From Escherichia coli (GTDB lineage Bacteria; Pseudomonadota; Gammaproteobacteria; Enterobacterales; Enterobacteriaceae), in the NCBI RefSeq assembly GCF_003991155.1, contig NZ_CP031294.1: a DNA stretch of 64,000 nt; one strand, 5' to 3'. The first letter of the stretch is position 1. Each line of letters opens with the position of its first letter. The notes under the pieces were generated by a model. That model was not told the DNA's origin, ran no database searches, and saw only the letters and a list, made by a program, of their open reading frames with translations. Shown here piece after piece: positions 27,947-37,431 of the stretch. The position numbers and the translations under genes were made by a program.

Positions 27947-29191
27947 TGCTGCAATGCCTTTCACCTTGCTTAAGAGTTCAAGCTGTCGTGAGTAAGGTTT
28001 TGCGCAATAGTAGGCTTTGATAATCTGCCCCGGGGTCGCATCGCCGGGGTCGAGTCCTTCCTCGCCCAAACATGCAATTTTCACATTAAGACCAATACTG
28101 CTCAGTCGCCTGGCTGCGGCCATAGTGTTGCGTATAGCTTGCTTTTCACTATCCCACATCATGATCACATTACGTAACCCACGCGCCTTGAGCGTCAGGA
28201 ACGCGCCTAACTGATCTTCTGCATCCTGAGTGGTGTTACCAGATAGATGCATCCCGAACGTTCCTATTGGTTCCACGTAATCACGTAATGTTTCTTCGTC
28301 AAAAATAGCTCGTTTAACCCCCATAACATCGAACGCCCCCTCACAGACAACTACAGTCTGTTTGCCGACTGCATTATGGCCGTTGTAGAGAAACTTACCT
28401 GAAGCTGGAAGCTGCATAGGAAAGAGGTAGCGGCGTTCTGCTGTACCGGTAATGTCTCGTCCCTGAAATGTCTTCATTACCCCATCCAGATCGTAAACCG
28501 GTATCAGTATTCGCATATCGAATATCTGCCCTTTTACCTGATCTGTATACGGATCTACATAAGCGTGCTTGCCTTCGACGCAGTATCGTAGGTCAAAATA
28601 CTTTGCCATTTCAGGTGATATGTTTCGTTCAACCAGATAGTCTGGAAGACGGCCATCTATAGGAAGCTCGTAATGACGAGGGAGTGCAACTGGCCCCTCT
28701 AACTCGACTGTGCTTGCAAGCACTAGCTCTTCTTTCTTTGGTGCCCACCCCTGGGAAAGAAGGGCGTTCTGCACATATTCCTCGAACTGTCGTCGTGATT
28801 TGCCGCTGTAGTGCTTGAGGAAGACCAGCTTATTGAACTGAATCTCTTCGGGATGATCACCAGCGAAGCATTTACCGACGCCACTGGTCAGATTGAAATA
28901 TACCTTCCAGTTGGAGCTGCCGCATACCGGACACTCTTTGATATTCACTTCACGACCGCGAGCACTCACACCTCCACGTCGATAAACGATACCTTCAGTA
29001 TCCAACCATTGTTCAAAATCTAATTCGGCAATTAGCTCTTTCAGCTCGCTCACGATAATTCCACTTTTAACAGGCAATATTGTGACCAACCTAAATGTTG
29101 ATATAACATAAAGGCTCATGTGTTTTTCTTTTGTGGTTTGGCAAAAGAAAAGTTGTTTCACCAATGAATCAAGCGTGGAGGTGTTCTCCAC
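27938..29191 (-). CDS. DNA primase (zinc-ribbon + TOPRIM, T7 gp4-primase-like)
   Basis: Zn-ribbon CPVCGSS...GKCF, TOPRIM-like VVVCEGAFD and acidic MWDSEK. Confidence 0.7.
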   Translation of the reverse strand: MENTSTLDSLVKQLFFCQTTKEKHMSLYVISTFRLVTILPVKSGIIVSELKELIAELDFEQWLDTEGIVYRRGGVSARGREVNIKECPVCGSSNWKVYFNLTSGVGKCFAGDHPEEIQFNKLVFLKHYSGKSRRQFEEYVQNALLSQGWAPKKEELVLASTVELEGPVALPRHYELPIDGRLPDYLVERNISPEMAKYFDLRYCVEGKHAYVDPYTDQVKGQIFDMRILIPVYDLDGVMKTFQGRDITGTAERRYLFPMQLPASGKFLYNGHNAVGKQTVVVCEGAFDVMGVKRAIFDEETLRDYVEPIGTFGMHLSGNTTQDAEDQLGAFLTLKARGLRNVIMMWDSEKQAIRNTMAAARRLSSIGLNVKIACLGEEGLDPGDATPGQIIKAYYCAKPYSRQLELLSKVKGIAALV

Positions 29192-29200
29192 GCTTATTTT

Positions 29201-30541
29201 TTAGGTAACGTCTAAGATTCGCTCAATGAAGCGCATTTGTTCGAGGTTTTGTTTAACGCGAATGCTGATCCCTCCCTGCTGGTTACGCGAACCAGCAAAG
29301 TAGAGACGAGCCTCTCCTTTCGCTTCTTCTTCTTCGGTTTTGTTGATCGTTATTACCAGGTCAGCAATACGTACTTTTTCGATGTTGTCGGCAGCGTGCA
29401 TCATTGTGGCAACTTCTGACGCGCCACCTTCACGGTTTGTTTGCGATGCTGTGATACCAGCAACGTTGTGTTTGTCATAAAGAGCACGTAAATCGGTGTA
29501 GATACTACGAATGTTGGCGCGATCATCACGAAGGTCATAACTGGCACGCATCAAATCTGCGTAGTCGACAACAAGCATGTCAGGCACCATGCCATTGGCT
29601 TTCATGCTGTTAAGCATACGGTCCAGATCTGCCGGTGACATACTTCCTGACGGACGCTCAACAACCCACAAACTACCAATCCCCTTAGTGGCTCCCAACT
29701 CTGCCAACTTACGATGAACTTCATCGCGCCGTTCCACCAGCTTGGACATTTCCGTCTCCGACAATCTTGCATCAAAGCGGTCGGACAAAATGTTGGTGTG
29801 AACCTCCAGCGAGAGATACAGAACATTGTAGCCAGCAAGCGTTGCGTTTATGGAAAACTCACCCATTGCGGTCGATTTACCGGATTTAGCGAACCCCATG
29901 AAAAGCACCATTTCGCGCTTTGCCCAGCCTTTTTGGTACAGCAACCTATCGAGAAGAGGGAGTCCTGTTGTAATACTGTTTGGTACATACTCCTCTGAAG
30001 CCTCATATTCACGCGCTTTCAATCGCTCACTTGCGGAGGTGTAGTAGTCATAGATTCCGGTCGCTTCGTTCGATCCAATCTGCTGAACCTTGGCCATGAT
30101 TGCCATCGCCCCCTGAAAGTCGCCTTTCTCTTTCAGTTCAGCAGCCTTAATCAGAGCATCATCAAACGCTACGCTTTTTGCGAAGGTTGATACCTGGTCA
30201 ACCATGTACGAGGTATCGGACAATTTTTCTGCAAGGATGCGCTTAAACGCAGCAACAACATCGGCGAATAGTTCCTCACGGATAGTCTTATCGCGTTTCG
30301 CACGCTTAAGCATATCCAGAATTGCAGATGAAGAGGGCGCGCTCTTGTACATACGGTAATAGCCCGAAACCATATTAACCAATATGGCATTGGCCGCATT
30401 GGCAAATTGGCTAGGCACAACCAGATCTCCCGCACGAGTAAGAAACTCGTGATCACGACAAAAATATGCCGTCAGTCTGTTCTGGAAATCTTCATCAAAC
30501 TCTTCGGACAGCCCGCGTCCTGTATGGCAAAGTTCGGTCAT
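29201..30541 (-). CDS. Replicative DNA helicase (DnaB-like)
   Basis: Walker A GFAKSGKST, Walker B LVVDYADLM, RecA-like C-terminal domain. Confidence 0.75.
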   Translation of the reverse strand: MTELCHTGRGLSEEFDEDFQNRLTAYFCRDHEFLTRAGDLVVPSQFANAANAILVNMVSGYYRMYKSAPSSSAILDMLKRAKRDKTIREELFADVVAAFKRILAEKLSDTSYMVDQVSTFAKSVAFDDALIKAAELKEKGDFQGAMAIMAKVQQIGSNEATGIYDYYTSASERLKAREYEASEEYVPNSITTGLPLLDRLLYQKGWAKREMVLFMGFAKSGKSTAMGEFSINATLAGYNVLYLSLEVHTNILSDRFDARLSETEMSKLVERRDEVHRKLAELGATKGIGSLWVVERPSGSMSPADLDRMLNSMKANGMVPDMLVVDYADLMRASYDLRDDRANIRSIYTDLRALYDKHNVAGITASQTNREGGASEVATMMHAADNIEKVRIADLVITINKTEEEEAKGEARLYFAGSRNQQGGISIRVKQNLEQMRFIERILDVT

Positions 30542-30584
30542 GTGCTTTCCTTTGTTTTTTAAACAAATTGTTTTCTAGTATTAG

Positions 30585-31334
30585 TTAATTAGATAGGGGA
30601 TCAATAAACCGCCGTGCTTCTTCCAGTTCTTCTGGAAAGTGGGCGGAAATAAGGCGCTCTGGAACGATTTCCATTAGCCAGATAGCGGAGAAAATTGCGC
30701 GTATGCGCTTGCTGCGGGGGATGGTGCGTAAACGCTCCAGAATCCACTCAAAATAGCTTTCCTGGATCGGGTTGAACTGCATGTCTCCTATATGCTTAAA
30801 GCTAACCAGAGAGTCATCCAGACGGGTTGTTGCGCGTCTGGCTAATTTCTCTTCAAATATCTCAATCAGTTCTGGCTGCCACAAATGCTGTGGGCGAGGC
30901 AGCTTGTCCCACAGACGTCGTGCAGCTGCGGAAAGAACGGTGGAGATAAAGTAGTCGTATGAGCAGCAATAGCGGTCAGCAAACTGGCGTGCTTTCCATA
31001 GCGACGTTTTATTGGCAGTCGACAACTCCTGATAAGGCAGGCGTTTTAACCCGGTGGTGAACGGAGCTGTTTCAAAGTGTTCGCGACCGTGCGTCAGCAT
31101 GATATTTGAGTACTGACGTTTGTATGCCTCCGTAAACAGACAGGTGGCCATAAGAGGATGCATGTCGCGGTAATCAAACCACTTCGTATCGAAGAGTTCA
31201 GCCTCGTCTTTGCAGCGCGACAAACCAATGTTTTCAGCAACCCACTTATCCATAACAGCGGTATTCCACTCTGTCATGAAGTCGTACTGGTCGTTGTCGA
31301 TGGTGTCGAAAAAGATTTGGCTCATGTGGCTCAC
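30585..31334 (-). CDS. Hypothetical protein
   Basis: 249-aa ORF; upstream region carries both conserved intergenic motifs. Confidence 0.45.
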   Translation of the reverse strand: MSHMSQIFFDTIDNDQYDFMTEWNTAVMDKWVAENIGLSRCKDEAELFDTKWFDYRDMHPLMATCLFTEAYKRQYSNIMLTHGREHFETAPFTTGLKRLPYQELSTANKTSLWKARQFADRYCCSYDYFISTVLSAAARRLWDKLPRPQHLWQPELIEIFEEKLARRATTRLDDSLVSFKHIGDMQFNPIQESYFEWILERLRTIPRSKRIRAIFSAIWLMEIVPERLISAHFPEELEEARRFIDPLSN

Positions 31335-31503
31335 CTGGTAGGTAGTTACTTACTTATCACAATGAGCTGATGATAGCGATTGGTGGCAGTTTTTGGAAGT
31401 GGAAACGGAAGGGAGTTGTTCTGGTGGGTATCTTTTGAAAGACCTGCTTCCGTATATTTAATAAGTTACTTATTATTTATATACAGAAACAGGTCATGAA
31501 TAC

Positions 31504-33207
31504 TTAATTATTAAGCAATCTGCTCACACGTAGTTTGTTAAGACTTGATCTAGAGGCCAGTTTCGTTAATGCACCTATTGCTTTATTCGTGATTTTTTGC
31601 TGTTCTTCTGTTAGTTCTTGCATACTTTTGAATCTGAGCAACCCCTTTCTCACTAAATCCAAAGCATCCTGATTGCGGGATAATATCCACTTTAAATAAT
31701 CATCTTCAGAGAAACTGTTAAGATATGCTATGTCACTATGATTAAATTTGCCTTCAATTATTTTGTATAAAACATTCTCTAAATTAGTCTCTTCAGGCTT
31801 CTTATCCATCAATTTTTTTTGAATTAGCAGACCTAACGTTTCGTTACCAAATATCTCTACATACAAATTCCGAAAAGCAGTATAAGCATCATCTTGGCTA
31901 ACAAAGGCATCTGCATATGCCTCTATATAACTATCACAATCAATCTCCAATCTATTTAAGATATCAATCAAGCCTATGAAGTGAGCAACAGGTATGTGTG
32001 AAAGATTGTCGTTAATTACACATTTTATCTTAGAAATAAACTCAGATTCATTGTCCTTGAATGAGTCACTAAAAATATCCCAAACATTGTTAACCTCACA
32101 TAAAGCCTTGTGTTCTTTATATTGTTTATTTTTTTCTTCTATTATACCTCGAATATTGCTTTCAGTAGAAAGATAACCATTCTTGAGATAAAAATCTATG
32201 TCATCATCGAAAGCAATTTCCGCTCGTTCATAAATAATATCAAGACTATTAATAAATGAATATACAGAATCATCCTTTTTATCATCTAACATGTAATCAA
32301 ATACATGTATGTTTTTAATTGATTCTTTAAACAAGGCATAATCAACACCTGGAACACCAGAATAGTAAACCACTGAAAACAGAACCAATCTATTGATAAA
32401 ACTTTCTCTAACCTTATCCTCTGCCAAGCTTAGCTCATTCCTAAGATTAACCAGAGATGTTTTTATTTTATTTAATATACGGATATTTTTAATGCCTAAG
32501 TCATTTGCTAAGACTTTTAACAAAAGAAAATCAGAATCAGTTTCATAAAAAACTTTACGTAAGTTCTTCTCAGGCGTAGGATCGTATTTTATTTCGACAT
32601 CAATTACTTTTTCTCTGTACTCTAAAAACTGTTTTTTTGCAGTTTCATCATGTAAATTATCTTCATTTAAAATTAGAACAACTTTGCAACCTTTTCTTCT
32701 TGCTAATTCATCAATTACCCCCATAATTTCTTTAACTTCTAGCGAATTACCTTTTCTTTCAACATCATCAATACAAACCAAATAATTATTAACAAATTTA
32801 TACTCAAGAGATGACAGCAGGTTATCTGTTTTGAACCCAAAAAAATCGTTCTTTCCGAAATGTATTAAAAATTTTGACAAGGAGTTGTATTTCAACCATC
32901 CCCAAAACCCATTTCTATAACGAATCATAGTTCGATCCGTTTCAGATAAAATTAGTTCTTTATATTTCTTTTCATTAATTGGTGTGGCACAATGATAAAG
33001 AGTTTTTTTAATATCACCAATAGAGTTAACCCCAAACAAAGAAACATACGAATATGCATTAAAATCTAATCCTTCAGAATGCTTAGTATAAAAACTATTC
33101 CAATAATGAGTTTTACCAACGCCCCAATCTCCTTTTATGACGGCAACCCGATGATCTGAAACTAGAAAATTTTTTAGAAATGATTCTATCGATTCCATTA
33201 GTATCAA
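31504..33207 (-). CDS. AT-rich accessory gene: P-loop NTPase, KAP-family-like
   Basis: Walker A GDWGVGKTH near the N-terminus, Walker B LVCIDDVER; 567 aa; markedly lower GC than neighbours. Confidence 0.5.
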   Translation of the reverse strand: MILMESIESFLKNFLVSDHRVAVIKGDWGVGKTHYWNSFYTKHSEGLDFNAYSYVSLFGVNSIGDIKKTLYHCATPINEKKYKELILSETDRTMIRYRNGFWGWLKYNSLSKFLIHFGKNDFFGFKTDNLLSSLEYKFVNNYLVCIDDVERKGNSLEVKEIMGVIDELARRKGCKVVLILNEDNLHDETAKKQFLEYREKVIDVEIKYDPTPEKNLRKVFYETDSDFLLLKVLANDLGIKNIRILNKIKTSLVNLRNELSLAEDKVRESFINRLVLFSVVYYSGVPGVDYALFKESIKNIHVFDYMLDDKKDDSVYSFINSLDIIYERAEIAFDDDIDFYLKNGYLSTESNIRGIIEEKNKQYKEHKALCEVNNVWDIFSDSFKDNESEFISKIKCVINDNLSHIPVAHFIGLIDILNRLEIDCDSYIEAYADAFVSQDDAYTAFRNLYVEIFGNETLGLLIQKKLMDKKPEETNLENVLYKIIEGKFNHSDIAYLNSFSEDDYLKWILSRNQDALDLVRKGLLRFKSMQELTEEQQKITNKAIGALTKLASRSSLNKLRVSRLLNN

Positions 33208-33249
33208 TCCTTTAATTCATATATTGGGCGTAACAAACGCCCAATATAA

Positions 33250-33609
33250 TCAACCTTTCTTCATCAACTCTCGTTTAATTTCATCGGTACGCATCGTAAC
33301 GTCGGCAGCTGTGATCGCCTCGTTAAGCTTCACGATGTCCTCGATTTCCTGCGGTGACTTCTCTGCCAGATGGAAAATGGCTGCTCGAATCACGTCAGAA
33401 CGAGTGAACTTCTCGAAGCGAGGGATGAACTTCATCATCTCCAGCAGTTCGAAGTATTCGTCTTCCAGTGACATTGTGCGGCTTTTAATTTTCTCTTTGC
33501 CACGAGTCGGGCGTCCCTGTGGTCTGACTGGTTGGCGCAAAGGAGTTGTGTTCTTAGCCGGTGCATCAGGCTCTTTGCGCTTTGCTAGGTCACCCATTTT
33601 CATGGACAT
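33250..33609 (-). CDS. Small basic protein downstream of parA (possible ParG/RHH-like partition adaptor)
   Basis: 119 aa, translationally coupled to parA (shared coordinate 33609); role inferred from position only. Confidence 0.35.
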   Translation of the reverse strand: MSMKMGDLAKRKEPDAPAKNTTPLRQPVRPQGRPTRGKEKIKSRTMSLEDEYFELLEMMKFIPRFEKFTRSDVIRAAIFHLAEKSPQEIEDIVKLNEAITAADVTMRTDEIKRELMKKG

Positions 33610-34277
33610 TATTCTTCTTCCTCCAGACTCAACAGATAATCTACAAATTCTTCAAACTCGGCTTCCGCCTTTTTGTCGCGCTCGTTACCGGTCATTTCAA
33701 AGATAGAACGACCAGACTCTTCCGCATCATCATAGACGTTGCGGTTATATAGATTGACTGGCGCAGACTCGATGCCAAACGTCTCAACAATCTCTTTAGC
33801 CGCCAGAATGCGAGACACTTGTGATGGCAAAGCCGGGCACTGGTTCATGACCGCGCGGACCTTCACTTTATCGTTTACATTACGAACATTGTCGATAATA
33901 GGATCAATGTCACGTAAAGATTTCAAATCACGACGCTTAGGACGCAGCGGGATAATGATAACGTCAGCCATCAGCATCGCTTGTCGCTGAATTTCGGAGT
34001 CGAAGCCACCAGCATCTACCACTACAAACTCAGCTCTACCCTGAAGCGATTTTAGGTGCTTAATGATGTCATCCTGAACGTATGCAAAAGGAATCAGCTC
34101 AAGGTCTTCGTTCTGTCGACGGTCTTCACACCAGCTCGTTGTCGTGCGCTGAATATCTATATCGGTAATATAAACCTTCTTCTTCTTTTTGACTTTCAGG
34201 CAAACGGCAATTTGCTGGGCAACGGTGGATTTGCCAGGCCCGCCCTTTGTGCCGCCAACCACAAAGATCTTGGTCAT
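33609..34277 (-). CDS. parA: ParA/Soj-family partition ATPase
   Basis: Deviant Walker A GGTKGGPGKST at the N-terminus, ParA-like Walker A' and B segments (VVVDAGG). Confidence 0.65.
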   Translation of the reverse strand: MTKIFVVGGTKGGPGKSTVAQQIAVCLKVKKKKKVYITDIDIQRTTTSWCEDRRQNEDLELIPFAYVQDDIIKHLKSLQGRAEFVVVDAGGFDSEIQRQAMLMADVIIIPLRPKRRDLKSLRDIDPIIDNVRNVNDKVKVRAVMNQCPALPSQVSRILAAKEIVETFGIESAPVNLYNRNVYDDAEESGRSIFEMTGNERDKKAEAEFEEFVDYLLSLEEEE

Positions 34278-34453
34278 TGGAGAGTTCCCTTTGCGTATAT
34301 AATTATCGTCTGAAACAACTTGTTTTCTTATATGTGATATAGCCTAAATGCCTACGGCTGTGGTGTAAAGGTTAAATGGTAGGTGCTGCCTTAGAATTTT
34401 TAGGCGAGAATTAATGGCTGTTAACAAAAAAGGCGACCAAAGTCGCCTGATTT

Positions 34454-35206
34454 TTAATCTTTTAGGTATAAACCTACTGGAGTTCTTGTTTTGCGGGAGA
34501 TGATAAGTACGATAAATTTCTGAACGTTAACTTGCACTTTGTTTGGGAGCCAAGAGCTTAACTCTGCATCAAGCAACAATCCTCTGTTCCACGGCAAAAA
34601 TCCGGTTTCTTTCCCCATCCCGTACTCACCTAACACATCTTCGAACGTTTCTGTTTTGGCATTGTATATACGCACATCGCCGGTTCGCATGAGAGGCCCT
34701 GCCCAGATCTTAGCACCAGGAATGGTTTGTGTATCGTCGCAGACTAAATGCTCATACCAATGAAGAAGAAAGAGATAGGTACGGTGACACAATCCTCGCT
34801 GACGACGCTCTCTGACAGTTTCGACACCAGCTACCTGGTAACATTCGATCTCATTACCGTCTTCAACAAAACTATATTCACGCAGAGCTATCCTACCAGC
34901 GATCGTATTTTTGTTTTCGTCCAGAAGCCCGGACTGGAGCACCTCTTTGATAATCTCTTCTTCAGGGGCATCTTCATCCGCTCGATCTAAGATGAATTCG
35001 CTCAGGTCGCCTTGGTCGCGCGCACCTACACGTTCCATAGAGACATACAGGCAAATGTCATCTTCTGGTTCAATGATTTCAATTTCTGAGATTTTATAGA
35101 GGTAGGCTTCATTGATAAGAAAGCCAAAACGAACAACACGAGTCTCCCCTTTATGAGGAAACTCGCTTAGATCTTTTGAATATGCGCTATCTAGTGTAGG
35201 AGCCAT
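34454..35206 (-). CDS. Hypothetical protein
   Basis: 250-aa ORF. Confidence 0.45.
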   Translation of the reverse strand: MAPTLDSAYSKDLSEFPHKGETRVVRFGFLINEAYLYKISEIEIIEPEDDICLYVSMERVGARDQGDLSEFILDRADEDAPEEEIIKEVLQSGLLDENKNTIAGRIALREYSFVEDGNEIECYQVAGVETVRERRQRGLCHRTYLFLLHWYEHLVCDDTQTIPGAKIWAGPLMRTGDVRIYNAKTETFEDVLGEYGMGKETGFLPWNRGLLLDAELSSWLPNKVQVNVQKFIVLIISRKTRTPVGLYLKD

Positions 35207-35574
35207 TTTGTAGCAGAATCATCAGCCTTAACCGTGCTGACAATGCTACCATGATTGCGTAAGAAGCGGCGAATAGAATGTTCAATAACCTCCGAAAAAG
35301 CCTCGATAAAACGAGACAGCTCAGGGTACTGTTTAGCTGGCTTGACTACAAAACGAACACGACCATTCAGGTAAATTGCTTCAGCTAATGGCTTCACGCT
35401 TGCACCAGCGCGCTCAACATCGTCTTTGAAGGTAACGATGAAGCGTGAGTCTTCCGGTTCAATAGCGTCATTATTGAGCTTACGTACTTCAAGCTTGTGC
35501 TGATTCAGCACATGAGTCTCGATAATACTCGTGCAATCGCGAATAGTTTGTATAGAACGTTTCTCGTTCAGCAT
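35191..35574 (-). CDS. Hypothetical protein
   Basis: 127-aa ORF overlapping the downstream gene. Confidence 0.4.
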   Translation of the reverse strand: MLNEKRSIQTIRDCTSIIETHVLNQHKLEVRKLNNDAIEPEDSRFIVTFKDDVERAGASVKPLAEAIYLNGRVRFVVKPAKQYPELSRFIEAFSEVIEHSIRRFLRNHGSIVSTVKADDSATKWLLH

Positions 35575-35798
35575 GTGTCCACCTTAGCCGTTAACACAAG
35601 TGTCATTGCGGCACCCCTCTCGGGGTTGAAGGCTACGAGGATGCGTAGCCTGTATGTGCCCACTTACGTGGATGCCTAATAAATCTACATCAAATTACTA
35701 AATGATTCAACATGAGCTTGAGTGAACAGGCGTGTATATGAGTGAAGATGCCATCTTTAGGATAAAAGGTAAACTGAGACCACTCATCAATCATCGCC

Positions 35799-36026
35799 TC
35801 AGTTCAGGTGCCCCCACTCACACAGCCTTTCACCTATCGTATTGTGGATAAGCAACTGTCGCTCCGTTTCCTCAGTCATAAAATCCTCTCTACTCACATA
35901 GATAGGATTTGCAGCATCGCAGAATAGCACGCCTGGAGCCTGCGTCTTAATCACGCACCCATTTATCAAGCAGCTCGCGATGAACACCAGAGGCATCTTT
36001 TTGCCGCACTTCATTAACCGTTTCAT
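35799..36026 (-). CDS. Putative o-spanin (Rz1-like outer-membrane lipoprotein)
   Basis: Inside the 35799-36131 ORF, internal start MKRLMKCGKKMPLVFIASC gives a signal peptide with lipobox; overlaps the 3' end of the i-spanin gene in another frame. Confidence 0.4.
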   Translation of the reverse strand: MKRLMKCGKKMPLVFIASCLINGCVIKTQAPGVLFCDAANPIYVSREDFMTEETERQLLIHNTIGERLCEWGHLN

Positions 36027-36198
36027 TTTTGACATCCACTGTGCTTTGAAGTCGTTTTCTGTCTTCCTGTTTTGCCTTCTCTTCCATTGCTCGTCGCGCC
36101 GCATTTCCGCCCATCGTGTAAGCGCCGACAAGAACGAAAAGAACGGCAGCCAGCGTAATCAAAGCAACTTTTAGCTTTGTCATCAGGCTGCCTAGCAT
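35947..36198 (-). CDS. Putative i-spanin (Rz-like)
   Basis: N-terminal TM helix then charged periplasmic domain; directly downstream of the putative endolysin. Confidence 0.4.
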   Translation of the reverse strand: MLGSLMTKLKVALITLAAVLFVLVGAYTMGGNAARRAMEEKAKQEDRKRLQSTVDVKNETVNEVRQKDASGVHRELLDKWVRD

Positions 36199-36199
36199 A

Positions 36200-36919
36200 T
36201 TAGACCATCCCTTTCTGGTGTCTTCTTACCTGCGACCAGGCGATAAATCCAGCCACAACAATAGTGGCAATACCGAAGATGATGCGTACTGTATCCCCGC
36301 TAGAGATATGACCTTGTGCTTTATCCATAGCAGCGGAAACCTGCGGCATAACATCGGCCAGCTGCGCCAGACCAATACCTGCTGTAACAGTTGCGCCAGC
36401 GGTTTCTTTAGTTACAGGAACAGCCTTCACGGTTTTCACCGGCTTAACGACGCCAGCTCGACGCAGACCTTCCTCAATAACTTCTGCCGCATACCAGGTG
36501 TTCAGCGTTTTTAGTGGACCTCGACCATTCTCGTGGCGAATGATTGCCTCAACCAAAGGTCGAAGGATGTCGTAATCATGCAGATCGATGATCATGTCTG
36601 CGGTTACACCAACGGCTTTAGACACCTCATTAATGTAGGCGTCAGTGTTGTTTTCATTCGGCGGTGCCCAACGTTCAATAACTTCACGAATGGTATCGAT
36701 ACTTGAGCCGTCTTTTGCGCGACGTTTGTCGTGGTAGGTAATTAGAGTCACCGCCAGCGCACGAATCCCCCAAACAGGGTCTTTAAACGTGCAAAAGCGC
36801 GGTTCGTCTGGATTCGCAACCAGACCTTGCCACGGTGATCCTTTATCAAGATTACCGGGGTTATTATTACGAATGCCTCTCGGAGTCTTCATCCTTGATC
36901 TCCTGTTATTGCAGTCCAC
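36200..36919 (-). CDS. Putative endolysin / peptidoglycan hydrolase with C-terminal membrane anchor
   Basis: Position between holin-like and spanin genes; conserved-looking N-terminal segment GIRNNNPGNL; C-terminal hydrophobic helix (IIFGIATIVVAGFIAW). Enzymatic class not resolved. Confidence 0.4.
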   Translation of the reverse strand: MDCNNRRSRMKTPRGIRNNNPGNLDKGSPWQGLVANPDEPRFCTFKDPVWGIRALAVTLITYHDKRRAKDGSSIDTIREVIERWAPPNENNTDAYINEVSKAVGVTADMIIDLHDYDILRPLVEAIIRHENGRGPLKTLNTWYAAEVIEEGLRRAGVVKPVKTVKAVPVTKETAGATVTAGIGLAQLADVMPQVSAAMDKAQGHISSGDTVRIIFGIATIVVAGFIAWSQVRRHQKGMV

Positions 36920-37241
36920 TTTTTACGCCATACGCGGCTAACCCCAAAAGCAGTGCGGTAATAATGAACGACGTTATTTTAGAAACAATGCCGCCAAAGA
37001 ACCCACTTGAGATGGAATCTAACCGGTTAAGGAGTTTGTCCAGATTGGAGTGTTGAATACTATGTTGCGCCGGGGTCATATCACCAAAGTAGGTTTTCAG
37101 CTGATCATTGACCTCCTGGCCAATTTCTTCACGTAGCTCTTTACCTAATTTGCCAACAACCTCCCGAGCAACGATCGCGGCAATACGCTCAACTTGCTCT
37201 GTTGTAACGCCCGCCATCTCGTTCGACATGTTTTCCTCCAT
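36906..37241 (-). CDS. Lysis-associated membrane protein (holin-like)
   Basis: 111 aa with a single C-terminal TM helix; first gene of the lysis cluster. Confidence 0.3.
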   Translation of the reverse strand: MEENMSNEMAGVTTEQVERIAAIVAREVVGKLGKELREEIGQEVNDQLKTYFGDMTPAQHSIQHSNLDKLLNRLDSISSGFFGGIVSKITSFIITALLLGLAAYGVKSGLQ

Positions 37242-37431
37242 GAAAAGTCAAATCGGGATGGCGGATTTATATCACACTTCTCCTTTCAATTATAGGTATA
37301 TACTTACCTACCTATGCATATACCGTTTAACGGCTGTTCAAATTCGTATCTAGTAACTCACTAATATATCCCTATGATTGCGGCTGTGAGATCGCATTTT
37401 AAACCTCACAGCCATATAAATAATGTCTAAA

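Noticed and set aside
35799-36131. Full-length 110-aa ORF as an independent gene
   Set aside because: Its N-terminal 35 codons overlap the i-spanin in another frame and lack signal-peptide character; only the internal-start lipoprotein (35799-36026) is biologically sensible.
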